Positions 45,771 through 54,577 of a stretch of 64,000 nucleotides of DNA are shown here, piece after piece. The notes under the pieces are model-generated. The model saw nothing but the letters and a program-made list of their open reading frames with translations, searched no databases and was not told the origin of the DNA. Position 1 is the first letter of the stretch. Each line of letters begins with the position of its first letter. The DNA is from Prochlorococcaceae cyanobacterium (GTDB lineage Bacteria; Cyanobacteriota; Cyanobacteriia; PCC-6307; Cyanobiaceae): NCBI GenBank assembly GCA_040399285.1, contig JBBASM010000004.1:57757-121756 (forward strand), written 5' to 3'. The position numbers and the translations under genes were made by a program.

Positions 45771-46919
45771 ATGGCGAAATTGCGGGCCCTGGCGATCGGG
45801 CTGATCCTGGCCACGGGCCCGCTGCCGGCATGGCAGATGGGGCCTGGCCCAGCCCAGGCAGTGCCAGCCAAAGCAGTGCCAGCCCAGGCGGCGCCGGTGC
45901 TGCGGGTGGGAGCGGCCGATGGCTCCCAGCCCTGCTCCTACCGGCAGAAGGAGAGCTGGAGCGGCCTGGCGGTGGAGCTTTGGCAACGCATTGCCGACCA
46001 GGAGAAGCTGCCCTACGTGCTGGTGGTAGGCGAGAGCACCGCCGCCCTGCTGGAGGCCACCCGACGCGGCGAGTTGGATGTTGCGATCGGCTGCCTCACC
46101 GTGTCGCCGGAGCGGCTGCGCAACACCCGCTTTTCGCTGCCATTCCAGGAATCGGGACTGGGGGTGATCACCCGGCGCAACCGGCTGGATCTGGGACTGT
46201 CGTTGCTGCAGTCGCTGCTGGCGCCCGATCTGATCCGTCTGCTTCTGGCCTATGTGGCCGTGATCAGCCTGATCAGCGTGGCGGTGTGGCAGGTGGAGCG
46301 CAGCGGCAGCCAACCCGCCGCCTGGCCGGTAGGACGGCGGCGCGGGTTCGCCCTGATCTTCCAGGTGCTTGCCACCGGACCCGGCACCAACACGGTGGTG
46401 GTGACGTCGCGCGGGCACGGACTGGTTGTGCTCGCCTATTTGGTACGGATCGTGAGCGCCTCGCTGCTGGTGAGCTACGTCACGATCAACGTGGTGCGCG
46501 GCACCCAGGACACGGCCAACACCATCCTGCGCACTCTCAACGACCTGGCGGGCCGCAGGGTGGCGGTGCGGCCGGGCAGCGTGAGCGCAGACCTGCTCGA
46601 GGCGTTGAACAGCGGCGGCCTGCGCCCACCGATCCAGCTGCAGGAGCTGAAGCGCGTGCCCGACGCCGACCGCCTGCTGGCTGAGAACAGGGTGGATGCG
46701 GTGGTGGCCGACACGATCCAGCTGGAGTACTTGCTGGCCCAGCTGTCCCACCAGCGCTTCGGCCTGGCCCTGCGCGACATCCATCCCCAGTCGCAGGCGT
46801 TTGCCTTCTCGCCCACATTGAGTGATGCGATGGCGGGCCGGATCAACGTGGCCCTTGGCCAGCTCAAACGCGATGGCGTGGTGACCCAGCTCCAGCGCCA
46901 GACGATGGAGAAGCGATAA
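45771..46919 (+). CDS. GluR0-type ligand-gated ion channel (periplasmic-binding-protein lobes S1/S2 split by an M1-P-M2 pore module)
   Basis: Signal peptide; SBP family-3-like S1 (LRVGAADG...GELDVAIGCLTVSPERLRNTRFSLPF); M1 LIRLLLAYVAVISLISVAVW; pore-loop region GFALIFQVLATGPGTN; M2 GLVVLAYLVRIVSASLLVSYV; then S2 (LAGRRVAVRPGS...VDAVVADT...). Confidence 0.65.
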   Translation: MAKLRALAIGLILATGPLPAWQMGPGPAQAVPAKAVPAQAAPVLRVGAADGSQPCSYRQKESWSGLAVELWQRIADQEKLPYVLVVGESTAALLEATRRGELDVAIGCLTVSPERLRNTRFSLPFQESGLGVITRRNRLDLGLSLLQSLLAPDLIRLLLAYVAVISLISVAVWQVERSGSQPAAWPVGRRRGFALIFQVLATGPGTNTVVVTSRGHGLVVLAYLVRIVSASLLVSYVTINVVRGTQDTANTILRTLNDLAGRRVAVRPGSVSADLLEALNSGGLRPPIQLQELKRVPDADRLLAENRVDAVVADTIQLEYLLAQLSHQRFGLALRDIHPQSQAFAFSPTLSDAMAGRINVALGQLKRDGVVTQLQRQTMEKR

Positions 46920-47331
46920 GCCTCGGCCGATGCCATGGCCAGGCTGGAGTCAGACCCGCCGCTGGGGTGTTCCCTCACCGAAGCCGATGACCGGCATCCG
47001 GCCATCCGGTGGCCGAGAACCGGATCGATCGGACGGTCGACGGGGTGCATGCCCACGATGGTCTGAATGCGGTGAACGCTTATGCCATCCCCATCGAAAC
47101 GTCAGGCTGATCAGCCACAACACAATCGTCGGGAGCAGAGTGTTACTGGCACCGTTGGCGATCCAGATCGTCCAGGGCTGGAGCGGCATCACCCCCGGGG
47201 CAGATGGCATACCGGCTGACCTCACCGCGATCTCCCCAGCTGATTCCATCCATATGAAAAGGCAAAGGCGCGGCGGCCGGGGCCCCAGCCAGCGGCTAGA
47301 GAAGGGATGGTTCCTCCGTCCGTGTTTCCCG

Positions 47332-47649
47332 ATGCCGCAGGTCCACCGCTGGCAGCGCCTCGTCCCTGGGATCCTGGCCGCTGGCCTGGCCGCCCTGCCC
47401 AGCGGCGCCCGCGCCCAGGACTTGGACAAGCAGGCATTCTGGTACGGATTCCTGCTAGGGAGCGGATCCACAGTGTGCAGATTGCTCGCTGCCGGAATGC
47501 TGTGCCAGAACTTCGCTGACGACTGGATCAACGCCCTGCTCAAGGCCGATGCCGACATCCCCGCTGTGTCCCTGCACACGGCCAGGAGCGCGCTAATGGA
47601 CGGCGAGACAACGTGCCCGGTTCCAGCCAGTCCCGAATCCAGCCCCTAA
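47332..47649 (+). CDS. Small secreted Cys-containing hypothetical protein
   Basis: The ATG at 47332 gives MPQVHRWQRLVPGILAAGLAALPSGARA/QD (signal peptide). About 80% of codons end in G/C. The upstream part of track ORF 46930..47649 is not coding-like. Confidence 0.5.
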   Translation: MPQVHRWQRLVPGILAAGLAALPSGARAQDLDKQAFWYGFLLGSGSTVCRLLAAGMLCQNFADDWINALLKADADIPAVSLHTARSALMDGETTCPVPASPESSP

Positions 47650-47843
47650 TCCAGATCGCGCTGCAGCAGCGCCAGTCCATTCACCAGCACCGACAGACCG
47701 CTCACCAGCACAGCCCGGTGCACCTCGGCCTCTCGCCAAATGCTGGGGTCGTGGCTGGCGCACTCCAGGGCTGAGAGGGTGAGCCGCAGCAGCACCCCGG
47801 AGGGGCGCGGCGCGGACCAGGGCGAAGGCTGGGCTGGCTGCAT
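47646..47843 (-). CDS. Small hypothetical protein
   Basis: The ATG at 47843 gives a 65-aa product ([12 protein letters not shown]...[13 protein letters not shown]) with G/C-biased third positions and no recognised motif. Confidence 0.4.
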   Translation of the reverse strand: MQPAQPSPWSAPRPSGVLLRLTLSALECASHDPSIWREAEVHRAVLVSGLSVLVNGLALLQRDLD

Positions 47844-47926
47844 GGCTTGGCCGCTTTGGGTCACGGAAGCGGAAGCGGCGGAGGCACGCAAGGCCGTTGC
47901 TACGCTCCGGCGGATCAGGGGTGCCG

Positions 47927-48634
47927 ATGGGCTACAAGCGCGTTCTCCTCAAGCTCAGCGGCGAAGCGCTGATGGGCGAGCAGGGCTACGGGATCGATCC
48001 GGCCATCGTGCAGTCGATCGCAGCCGACGTGGCCGCCTGCGTGGCCGACGGCACCCAGCTGGCGATCGTGGTTGGCGGCGGCAACATCTTCCGCGGCCTG
48101 AAGGGCTCTGCAGCCGGCATGGACCGGGCCACGGCCGACTACGTGGGCATGCTGGCCACGGTGATGAATGCCATCACCCTCCAGGACGGCCTGGAGCGCG
48201 CCGGCGTGCCCACCCGGGTGCAGAGCGCCATCTCGATGCAGGAAGTGGCCGAGCCCTACATCCGCCGCAAGGCGATCCGCCACATGGAGAAAGGCCGGGT
48301 GGTGATCTTCGCCGCTGGCACCGGCAACCCCTTCTTCACCACTGACACCACCGCCGCCCTGCGCGCCGCCGAGATCAACGCCGACGTGGTGTTCAAGGCC
48401 ACCAAGGTGGACGGCGTGTACGACAAGGACCCCAACAAGCACGCCGACGCCCGCCGCTTCGACAGCCTCTCCTTCCTGGAGGTGCTCAGCAGTGAGCTGG
48501 AGGTGATGGACGGCGCCGCCATTGCCCTCTGCAAGGACAACGCGATCCCCATCGTGGTGTTTGATCTGTTCGGTCCCGGCAACATCGGCCGGGCCGTGCG
48601 CGGTGAGCCGATCGGCACGCGCATCCATCCCTGA
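47927..48634 (+). CDS. pyrH: UMP kinase
   Basis: [33 protein letters not shown] and [16 protein letters not shown]. Confidence 0.93.
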   Translation: MGYKRVLLKLSGEALMGEQGYGIDPAIVQSIAADVAACVADGTQLAIVVGGGNIFRGLKGSAAGMDRATADYVGMLATVMNAITLQDGLERAGVPTRVQSAISMQEVAEPYIRRKAIRHMEKGRVVIFAAGTGNPFFTTDTTAALRAAEINADVVFKATKVDGVYDKDPNKHADARRFDSLSFLEVLSSELEVMDGAAIALCKDNAIPIVVFDLFGPGNIGRAVRGEPIGTRIHP

Positions 48635-48656
48635 GCCCCCAGCCTGAGCGACCGAC

Positions 48657-49196
48657 ATGGATCTGGAAGCCGCGATGCGCAAGTCGGTGGAAGCCGCCCT
48701 GCGCAACTTCAACACCATCCGCACCGGGCGGGCCAACCCCTCCCTGCTGGACAAGATCAGCGTGGAGTACTACGGCGCCGAGACACCACTGAGGTCCCTG
48801 GCCAGCCTCTCCACACCCGATTCGCAGACGATTCAGATCCAGCCCTTTGACCAGGGGGCCATGGGACTGATCGAGAAGGCGATCGCCATGAGTGACCTGG
48901 GCCTCACCTGCAACAACGACGGCAAGGTGATCCGCATCAACATCCCGCCGCTCACCGAGGACCGGCGCAAGGAGCTCTGCAAGATCGCCGCCAAATACGC
49001 CGAAGAGGGCAAGGTGGCGCTGCGCAACAATCGCCGCGACGGCATCGACCGGATCAAGAAACAGGAAAAGGAGGGGGATCTCTCCGAGGACCAGAGCCGC
49101 GACGAGCAGGAGAAGGTGCAGAAGCTCACCGACCGCTACATCGCCGAACTCGACAAGCACCTCGCTGAGAAGGAGGCTGAGATCCTCAAGGTTTGA
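48657..49196 (+). CDS. frr: Ribosome recycling factor
   Basis: 179 aa with [28 protein letters not shown] and ALRNNRRDG. Confidence 0.95.
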   Translation: MDLEAAMRKSVEAALRNFNTIRTGRANPSLLDKISVEYYGAETPLRSLASLSTPDSQTIQIQPFDQGAMGLIEKAIAMSDLGLTCNNDGKVIRINIPPLTEDRRKELCKIAAKYAEEGKVALRNNRRDGIDRIKKQEKEGDLSEDQSRDEQEKVQKLTDRYIAELDKHLAEKEAEILKV

Positions 49197-50371
49197 GCAG
49201 CCCGGGCCCCGATCTGCTGGATGTGATCGTGGTGGGAGGCGGCGCCGCCGGCGGTGCCGCGGCCTGCCATCTGGCTGCCCTGGGGCGTTCGGTACTGGTG
49301 GTCGACCAGGCCCCCTTTCCACGCCACAAACCCTGCGGCGGCGGCATGGCCGCCTCCGTGCAGCACTGGTTCCCCTTCGACCTCAGCCCGGTGGTGGAGG
49401 CGGTGATCGAGCGGGTGCGCTTCACCTGGGACCTGGACGATCCGGTGATCGCCGAGCTGCCGGGCAGCTCGCCCTTCTGGATCGTGCGCCGCTCCCGCCT
49501 CGATGCCTTCCTGGTGGAGCAGGCTCTGGCCGCCGGCGCGGCCTTTGAGCCCGGGGTGCGGGTGCAGCGGATCGAGAAGGCGGCCGAGCACTGGTGCCTG
49601 GATGTGGTCGCCAGCGAGGGCGACGGGCAGCCCCGCCAGCTGCGGGCCCGGGCGGTGGTGCTGGCCGATGGCTCCGGCTCTCGCCACGCGGCGGCCCTGG
49701 GCCTGGGCCCCCGCCAGCCCCGCTATGCCACCACCGTGTCGGTGGAGGTGGAGGGCACGGTGCAGAATCCAGGCACGGCCCATTTCGGCTTCGGGCTGGT
49801 GCCCCAGGGCTTCTGCTGGGCCTTTCCCCGCGAGGGGGGCTTCAGCATCGGCCTGGGGCACTTCATTGGCCGCCCCCTGGAGGAGACCGCCGCCCTCGAG
49901 GAAGCGGATGCGGTGCTCAACCGCCTGCTGCCCAGCCTGGGCTTTGCGGCCGGCAGCGGCGAGCGCTGCCAGGGCCGGCTGCGGGTGTGGGACGGCCACC
50001 ACCCCCTGCACGGCGACGGCATCGTGGTAGCTGGCGATGCCGCATCCCTCTGTGACCCCTTTCTGGCCGAGGGGCTCAGGCCGGCCCTGCTGAGTGGCTG
50101 CCGCGCCGCCGAAGCCATGCAGCGCTGGCTGAACGGCGATCAGATGGCCCTGGCGGGCTACAGCACGGCGATGCGCCAGCAGTGGGGCGAGTCGATGGCC
50201 TGGGGCCGGCGGATCGCCCAGGTGTTCTACCGGGTCCCGAGGGTGGGCTATCAGCTGGGCATCAAGCGACCCACCGCTCCCCAGCGGATCGCCCAGATCC
50301 TCTCGGGCGAGATGGGCTATGGCGACATCGCCCAGCGCGCCATCCGCCGGCTGCTGTTCCAGCGGGGCTAG
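49193..50371 (+). CDS. Geranylgeranyl-reductase-family FAD-dependent oxidoreductase
   Basis: [22 protein letters not shown] (GxGxxG), KPCGGG and a C-terminal [17 protein letters not shown]. The start is uncertain: TTG at 49193 overlapping the frr stop, or a downstream in-frame GTG. Confidence 0.75.
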   Translation: MSSPGPDLLDVIVVGGGAAGGAAACHLAALGRSVLVVDQAPFPRHKPCGGGMAASVQHWFPFDLSPVVEAVIERVRFTWDLDDPVIAELPGSSPFWIVRRSRLDAFLVEQALAAGAAFEPGVRVQRIEKAAEHWCLDVVASEGDGQPRQLRARAVVLADGSGSRHAAALGLGPRQPRYATTVSVEVEGTVQNPGTAHFGFGLVPQGFCWAFPREGGFSIGLGHFIGRPLEETAALEEADAVLNRLLPSLGFAAGSGERCQGRLRVWDGHHPLHGDGIVVAGDAASLCDPFLAEGLRPALLSGCRAAEAMQRWLNGDQMALAGYSTAMRQQWGESMAWGRRIAQVFYRVPRVGYQLGIKRPTAPQRIAQILSGEMGYGDIAQRAIRRLLFQRG

Positions 50372-50745
50372 ATCTTGGTGCAGTCCTTGAGCTGACGCAG
50401 TCGCTGGTCAATCGAGCCCAACAGCTCAATGGCGAACATCGGCGATTCCTGCACCGCAAACAGAAACTTCTCGCGGTTCATCACCAGCAGCCGGCATGGG
50501 CTCACCGCCTTGGCGTTGCCGTAGCGGCGGTGCTCGCTGGTCACCAGGGCTCCGGCACCGAACACGTCTCCGGCGTTGATCAACTCATGGCCCTCCTCAC
50601 CGTTCCAGCTGAGCTGCACCTGTCCCTCCAGCAGGCCGAACATGCAATCGCCGGGATCACCGGAGTGGAAGATGGTTTCACCGGGTTCCACGGTCATCAC
50701 CTCACCTTTGCTGGCAAGGGCGCGCATGGTGTCGAGTGCGTTCAC
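50368..50745 (-). CDS. Stand-alone cyclic-nucleotide-binding (cNMP) domain protein
   Basis: 125 aa with cNMP beta-roll features (GETIFHSGDPGDCMFGLLEGQV, GDVFGAGALV...RRYGNAKAVSPCRLLVM). No effector or HTH domain follows. Confidence 0.7.
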   Translation of the reverse strand: MNALDTMRALASKGEVMTVEPGETIFHSGDPGDCMFGLLEGQVQLSWNGEEGHELINAGDVFGAGALVTSEHRRYGNAKAVSPCRLLVMNREKFLFAVQESPMFAIELLGSIDQRLRQLKDCTKI

Positions 50746-50822
50746 AGCGTCGGGAAAACCGCAGGGAATCTACCCACCATCAACCATCCAGTTGAAGAGC
50801 GGATTAAGGCCGTGGGCCGCAA

Positions 50823-51998
50823 TCACAGGGGCCGGGCCAGGGCCAGGGCGGCCCCCAGGCCGCCGCGCACATCCTCGGGCGCGAGGCGACCATCCTTGTC
50901 GGTGTCGAGGGCATCGAACACCGCATCGCTGCCCAGCCATTCCTCACGGGTGATGCAGCCGTCGCCATCGAGGTCGTTGAGCAGGAAGATCTCCTGCACG
51001 GCATGGCCGAAGGCCGCCCCGCCCTCCAGCTCCGCCAGCCGGTGGGCCAGCTGGGCCTCCAGGGTCTCGATCGCCTTGCAGAAGCCGCGGATCCCCTCAT
51101 CCAGCTTCTCGGTGGCCATCCGGTCGTCGGCCAGCATGCTGCGGAAACCGGCCTCATCCAGGTGGATCTGGGCCTCAGTGGGGGGCAGGTCGAAGGGGTT
51201 GAGCTTGCGCTCCAGCTCCCCATCGGTGCTGCGCAGCTCGTCCAGCAGAGCTGGAGAGATCGTGAGCAGATCGCAGCCGGCCAGCTCGATGATTTCGTCA
51301 GCGTTGCGGAAACTGGCCCCCATCACCTCGGTCTTGTAGCCGTAGGTCTTGTAGTAGTTGAAGATCTGGGTCACGGACACCACGCCTGGATCTTCAGCCC
51401 CCGGATAGGACTCACGGCCGGTGGACTTCTTGTACCAGTCCAGGATCCTGCCCACAAACGGAGAGATCAGGGTCACCCCCGCCTCGGCACAGGCCACGGC
51501 CTGGGCAAAGGAGAACAGCAGGGTGAGATTGCAGTGAATGCCTTCCTTCTCCAGTTGTTGCGCCGCCCGGATGCCCTCCCAGGTGGAGGCGATCTTGATC
51601 AGCACCCGGTCGTTGCTGATGCCGGCGTCGTTGTAGAGGCCGATCAGCTTGCGGGCCTTGGCGATGGTGGCCTCGGTGTTGTAGCTGAGTCGGGCGTCCA
51701 CCTCGGTGGAGACCCGGCCCGGCACGATCCTGAGGATCTCCTTGCCGAAGGTCACACAGATCTCGTCGAGGGCCTCAAGCACCACAACATCGGCGCCGGC
51801 ATCGGGGCCGACCGCCTGCCTCGACTCCCGCAGGGAGCGATCGATCAGCTCCTGGTAGGCGGGAATCTGGGCGGCGGCCAGGATGAGCGAGGGATTGGTG
51901 GTGGCATCCCGAGGGGTGAACTGGCGGATCGCTTCGATGTCGCCGGTGTCAGCGACCACCACGGTCATCGCGGCGAGTTGATCGAGCAGATTGGCCAT
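50823..51998 (-). CDS. tal: Transaldolase fused to a C-terminal EF-hand pair
   Basis: [24 protein letters not shown] and [11 protein letters not shown] are transaldolase blocks. The C-terminus has two canonical loops, [12 protein letters not shown] and [15 protein letters not shown] at 51998. Confidence 0.9.
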   Translation of the reverse strand: MANLLDQLAAMTVVVADTGDIEAIRQFTPRDATTNPSLILAAAQIPAYQELIDRSLRESRQAVGPDAGADVVVLEALDEICVTFGKEILRIVPGRVSTEVDARLSYNTEATIAKARKLIGLYNDAGISNDRVLIKIASTWEGIRAAQQLEKEGIHCNLTLLFSFAQAVACAEAGVTLISPFVGRILDWYKKSTGRESYPGAEDPGVVSVTQIFNYYKTYGYKTEVMGASFRNADEIIELAGCDLLTISPALLDELRSTDGELERKLNPFDLPPTEAQIHLDEAGFRSMLADDRMATEKLDEGIRGFCKAIETLEAQLAHRLAELEGGAAFGHAVQEIFLLNDLDGDGCITREEWLGSDAVFDALDTDKDGRLAPEDVRGGLGAALALARPL

Positions 51999-52124
51999 GG
52001 CTGGCGGGGAGTGTCGGCTGCGGAATGCGCCGTTTGGACCAACGCTAGCCAGGATCCCGGGGGCAACCGACACCTGTCGTGGGGCTTGCGGGAATGACCA
52101 CACGGCCATCGGGCACAGGCAGCC

Positions 52125-53933
52125 TCAGGATTTGCGACCGGCCAGTTCTTCGGCTCTGGAGGGCGGGATCTTCTCCAGCACCAGCAGGGCGTGAATGATC
52201 TGGCGGGCCACCGGCGCTGCCACCGTGGAGCCATAGGCGTTGCCGCCCTTGGGTTCGTCCACCACCACCAGCACCACGTAGCGGGGATCCTCGATCGGCA
52301 GGTGACCCACGAAACTGGTGATCAGCGCGCCCGGGATGTAAACACCGCGATCCGCCTTCTGGGCGGTGCCGGTCTTGCCGCCGATGCGGTAACCAGGCAC
52401 CTTGATGCCGAGGCTGTCGCTGCGGGCCACGGTCTGCTCCATCCAGCCCATCACGGTGCGGGTCACGGCCGGATCCAGCAGTTGCAGACCGGTAGCCGTG
52501 GGGGTGCCGGCCAGGGCGTCGCCGGAGCGCAGGCCGCGGGTGATGTGGGGACTGACCAGGCGGCCGCCGTTGGCGAGCATGGCGTGCAGTTGGGCCAGCT
52601 TCAGGGGGGTGAGGGAGAAACCCTGGCCGAAGGCAGCCACAGCCGGCTCGATGGCGTGGCCGGTGAAAAGAGACCGGGATTTGAGCTGGCCTGCCACCGC
52701 TCCGGGCAGGTCGGTATCCGGCCGAGTGTCGATGCCGATGGTGTTCAGCCAGTGCCAGAAACGGTCGCGCTTCACCTGGGCCATGGCATTCACCATGCCC
52801 ACGTTGCTGGAGACCTCCAGCACGGTGGCGAAGTCGATCTGGCCGTTGCCCTTGCGATTGGCGTTGAAGATCGGCCAGCCGCCGATGCTCAGCTGGCCGC
52901 TGTCGTACACGTGGCCCTTGGGATCGATGGCCTTCTCCTGCAGGGCGATCGCCAGGTTGATCGGCTTGAAGGTGGAGCCAGGCTCATAGAGGTCCTGAAC
53001 CGACCACTCCCGGAACAGGGCGGGGTCGAATTTCCAGAACTGGTTGGGGTCGTAGGTGGGATAGGAGGCAAGGGCGAGCATCTCGCCATTGCGCACGTCC
53101 ATCACCAGGGCGGCGGCCCGCTTGGCATTCCACTTCTTCACCTGGTTGGCCAGGGCCTGCTGGGCCACCTGCTGCAGGCGGGCGTCGAGAGTGAGCTGGA
53201 GGCGCAGGTCGTCGCCATAGAGAGAACCGGCCGCAAGGCCCTCCGGCAGGGGGGTGCCATCGGCGCCACGGCGCATGGTGACCGTGGATTCCTGGCGGTG
53301 CAGATCCCGGTCCCGGCTCTGCTCCAGGCCGGCCTGGGGTGCCCGCTCCAGATTGAGGAACCCCACCACGTTGGCGAACAGGGAACCCTGGGGATAGATC
53401 CGCTGGGGGTAGGCCTCGAGGTCGAGGCCGCTGATTCCCAGCTGGCGGATCCGGGACGCCGTTTCAGGATCGATGTCGGAACGGAGCTTCACACCACTGG
53501 GGCGGCCGGCCATCGTCTGCAGCAGGCTGTCGCCGGGCACGGCCAGCACCGCGGAGAGGCGGGCGGCAACCTCGTCCGGCTTGCGCACCTTCTGGGGATC
53601 GTCCCCTGGGAAGTTGAAGTATCGGGGGTGGGCCCAGAGGGTGAAGCGCTCTTCGTCGAGGGCCACCAGACGGCCGGTGCGATCGACGATGGTGCGGCGC
53701 TTGCCCAGGGGAGTCCGGGACTGGGTCTGGATCGCCCTGGCCCGGGACTGAAGATTGGCCGTGTCGATCACCTGCAGCCAGGCCAGGCGCACCGCCAGGC
53801 CCGCCAGTCCCAGGCTGAGCAGCAGGTACACCGCCACCATGCGGTGACCGGGGACGGGCTGGATGGCCACCACCCTGGAGCGCCGCGGAGTGGGAGCACG
53901 CAAACCGGAACGCCGGGGAGCCGCCTGAGCCAT
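52125..53933 (-). CDS. ftsI: Penicillin-binding protein, FtsI/PBP2-type transpeptidase
   Basis: N-terminal membrane anchor and the catalytic triad of motifs: STFK (YEPGSTFKP), SSN (VSSNVG) and KTGT (GGKTGTAQ). Confidence 0.88.
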   Translation of the reverse strand: MAQAAPRRSGLRAPTPRRSRVVAIQPVPGHRMVAVYLLLSLGLAGLAVRLAWLQVIDTANLQSRARAIQTQSRTPLGKRRTIVDRTGRLVALDEERFTLWAHPRYFNFPGDDPQKVRKPDEVAARLSAVLAVPGDSLLQTMAGRPSGVKLRSDIDPETASRIRQLGISGLDLEAYPQRIYPQGSLFANVVGFLNLERAPQAGLEQSRDRDLHRQESTVTMRRGADGTPLPEGLAAGSLYGDDLRLQLTLDARLQQVAQQALANQVKKWNAKRAAALVMDVRNGEMLALASYPTYDPNQFWKFDPALFREWSVQDLYEPGSTFKPINLAIALQEKAIDPKGHVYDSGQLSIGGWPIFNANRKGNGQIDFATVLEVSSNVGMVNAMAQVKRDRFWHWLNTIGIDTRPDTDLPGAVAGQLKSRSLFTGHAIEPAVAAFGQGFSLTPLKLAQLHAMLANGGRLVSPHITRGLRSGDALAGTPTATGLQLLDPAVTRTVMGWMEQTVARSDSLGIKVPGYRIGGKTGTAQKADRGVYIPGALITSFVGHLPIEDPRYVVLVVVDEPKGGNAYGSTVAAPVARQIIHALLVLEKIPPSRAEELAGRKS

Positions 53934-53939
53934 CGTGCC

Positions 53940-54485
53940 TCAGTAGCCGGCCGGGAGACGGTCCGGCGTGCTGGCCAGGGGGTTGAGGGCGGAGACCTGG
54001 AGAGCGGACAACCTGATGTCGGGGAGGCGCATGGGCAGATGCTGCCTGTGATCCACTTTCGCCTGGGGCGTGCCTGCTTCGGGGCGGGGAAGGTAGATCA
54101 GCTTTTCACTGCTGGTGGGAACCAGCCAACCGGGCTTGCGCACGGCAGAGAGGTAGTGCTGCTCCAGCAGCGCCGCCGACTCCTGCAGCCGGTGTTCCAG
54201 CACCTGGGCCGTCTCCAGCCGCTGGAAACTGTGCCCCCAATGGTTCTGCCAGTGCAGGGTGAGACCACTCAGGGCAAGCATGCACAGGCCCAGACCGGCC
54301 AGGGTGCCATCGGCGGCCTTGTGCAGCCCAGCCAGCAGGGGGGAGCGGCGAGCGGCCTGCCGGCTGGACAGCGAACCCTGGATCAGGGCGAGTGGACGGG
54401 TGCGGGCCGTCCTGGCCACGCCCCGACCCACAACGCCAAGGGCTTCCCTGGGGGAGATGCGGCGGGGCAGGTTCGCGGCGACCAA
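53940..54485 (-). CDS. Single-pass membrane protein upstream of ftsI (FtsL-like position)
   Basis: One TM segment (LAGLGLCMLALSGLTL) is followed by a short helical region. Its stop lies 6 nt from the ftsI ATG. The start codon is uncertain (the track start is TTG). Confidence 0.45.
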   Translation of the reverse strand: MVAANLPRRISPREALGVVGRGVARTARTRPLALIQGSLSSRQAARRSPLLAGLHKAADGTLAGLGLCMLALSGLTLHWQNHWGHSFQRLETAQVLEHRLQESAALLEQHYLSAVRKPGWLVPTSSEKLIYLPRPEAGTPQAKVDHRQHLPMRLPDIRLSALQVSALNPLASTPDRLPAGY

Positions 54486-54577
54486 GAACTGAGATCCGAG
54501 TCCCGCAAGTCAACCACTCAGGCCGCGTACCAGCAAGGGGTGTGGGCCCGTTTGACTGCAGGCCCCGACAGCCCCGC

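Noticed and set aside
46930-47331. N-terminal 134 codons of track ORF 46930..47649
   Set aside because: The composition is not protein-like and third positions are unbiased. The signal-peptide-bearing product begins at the ATG at 47332.
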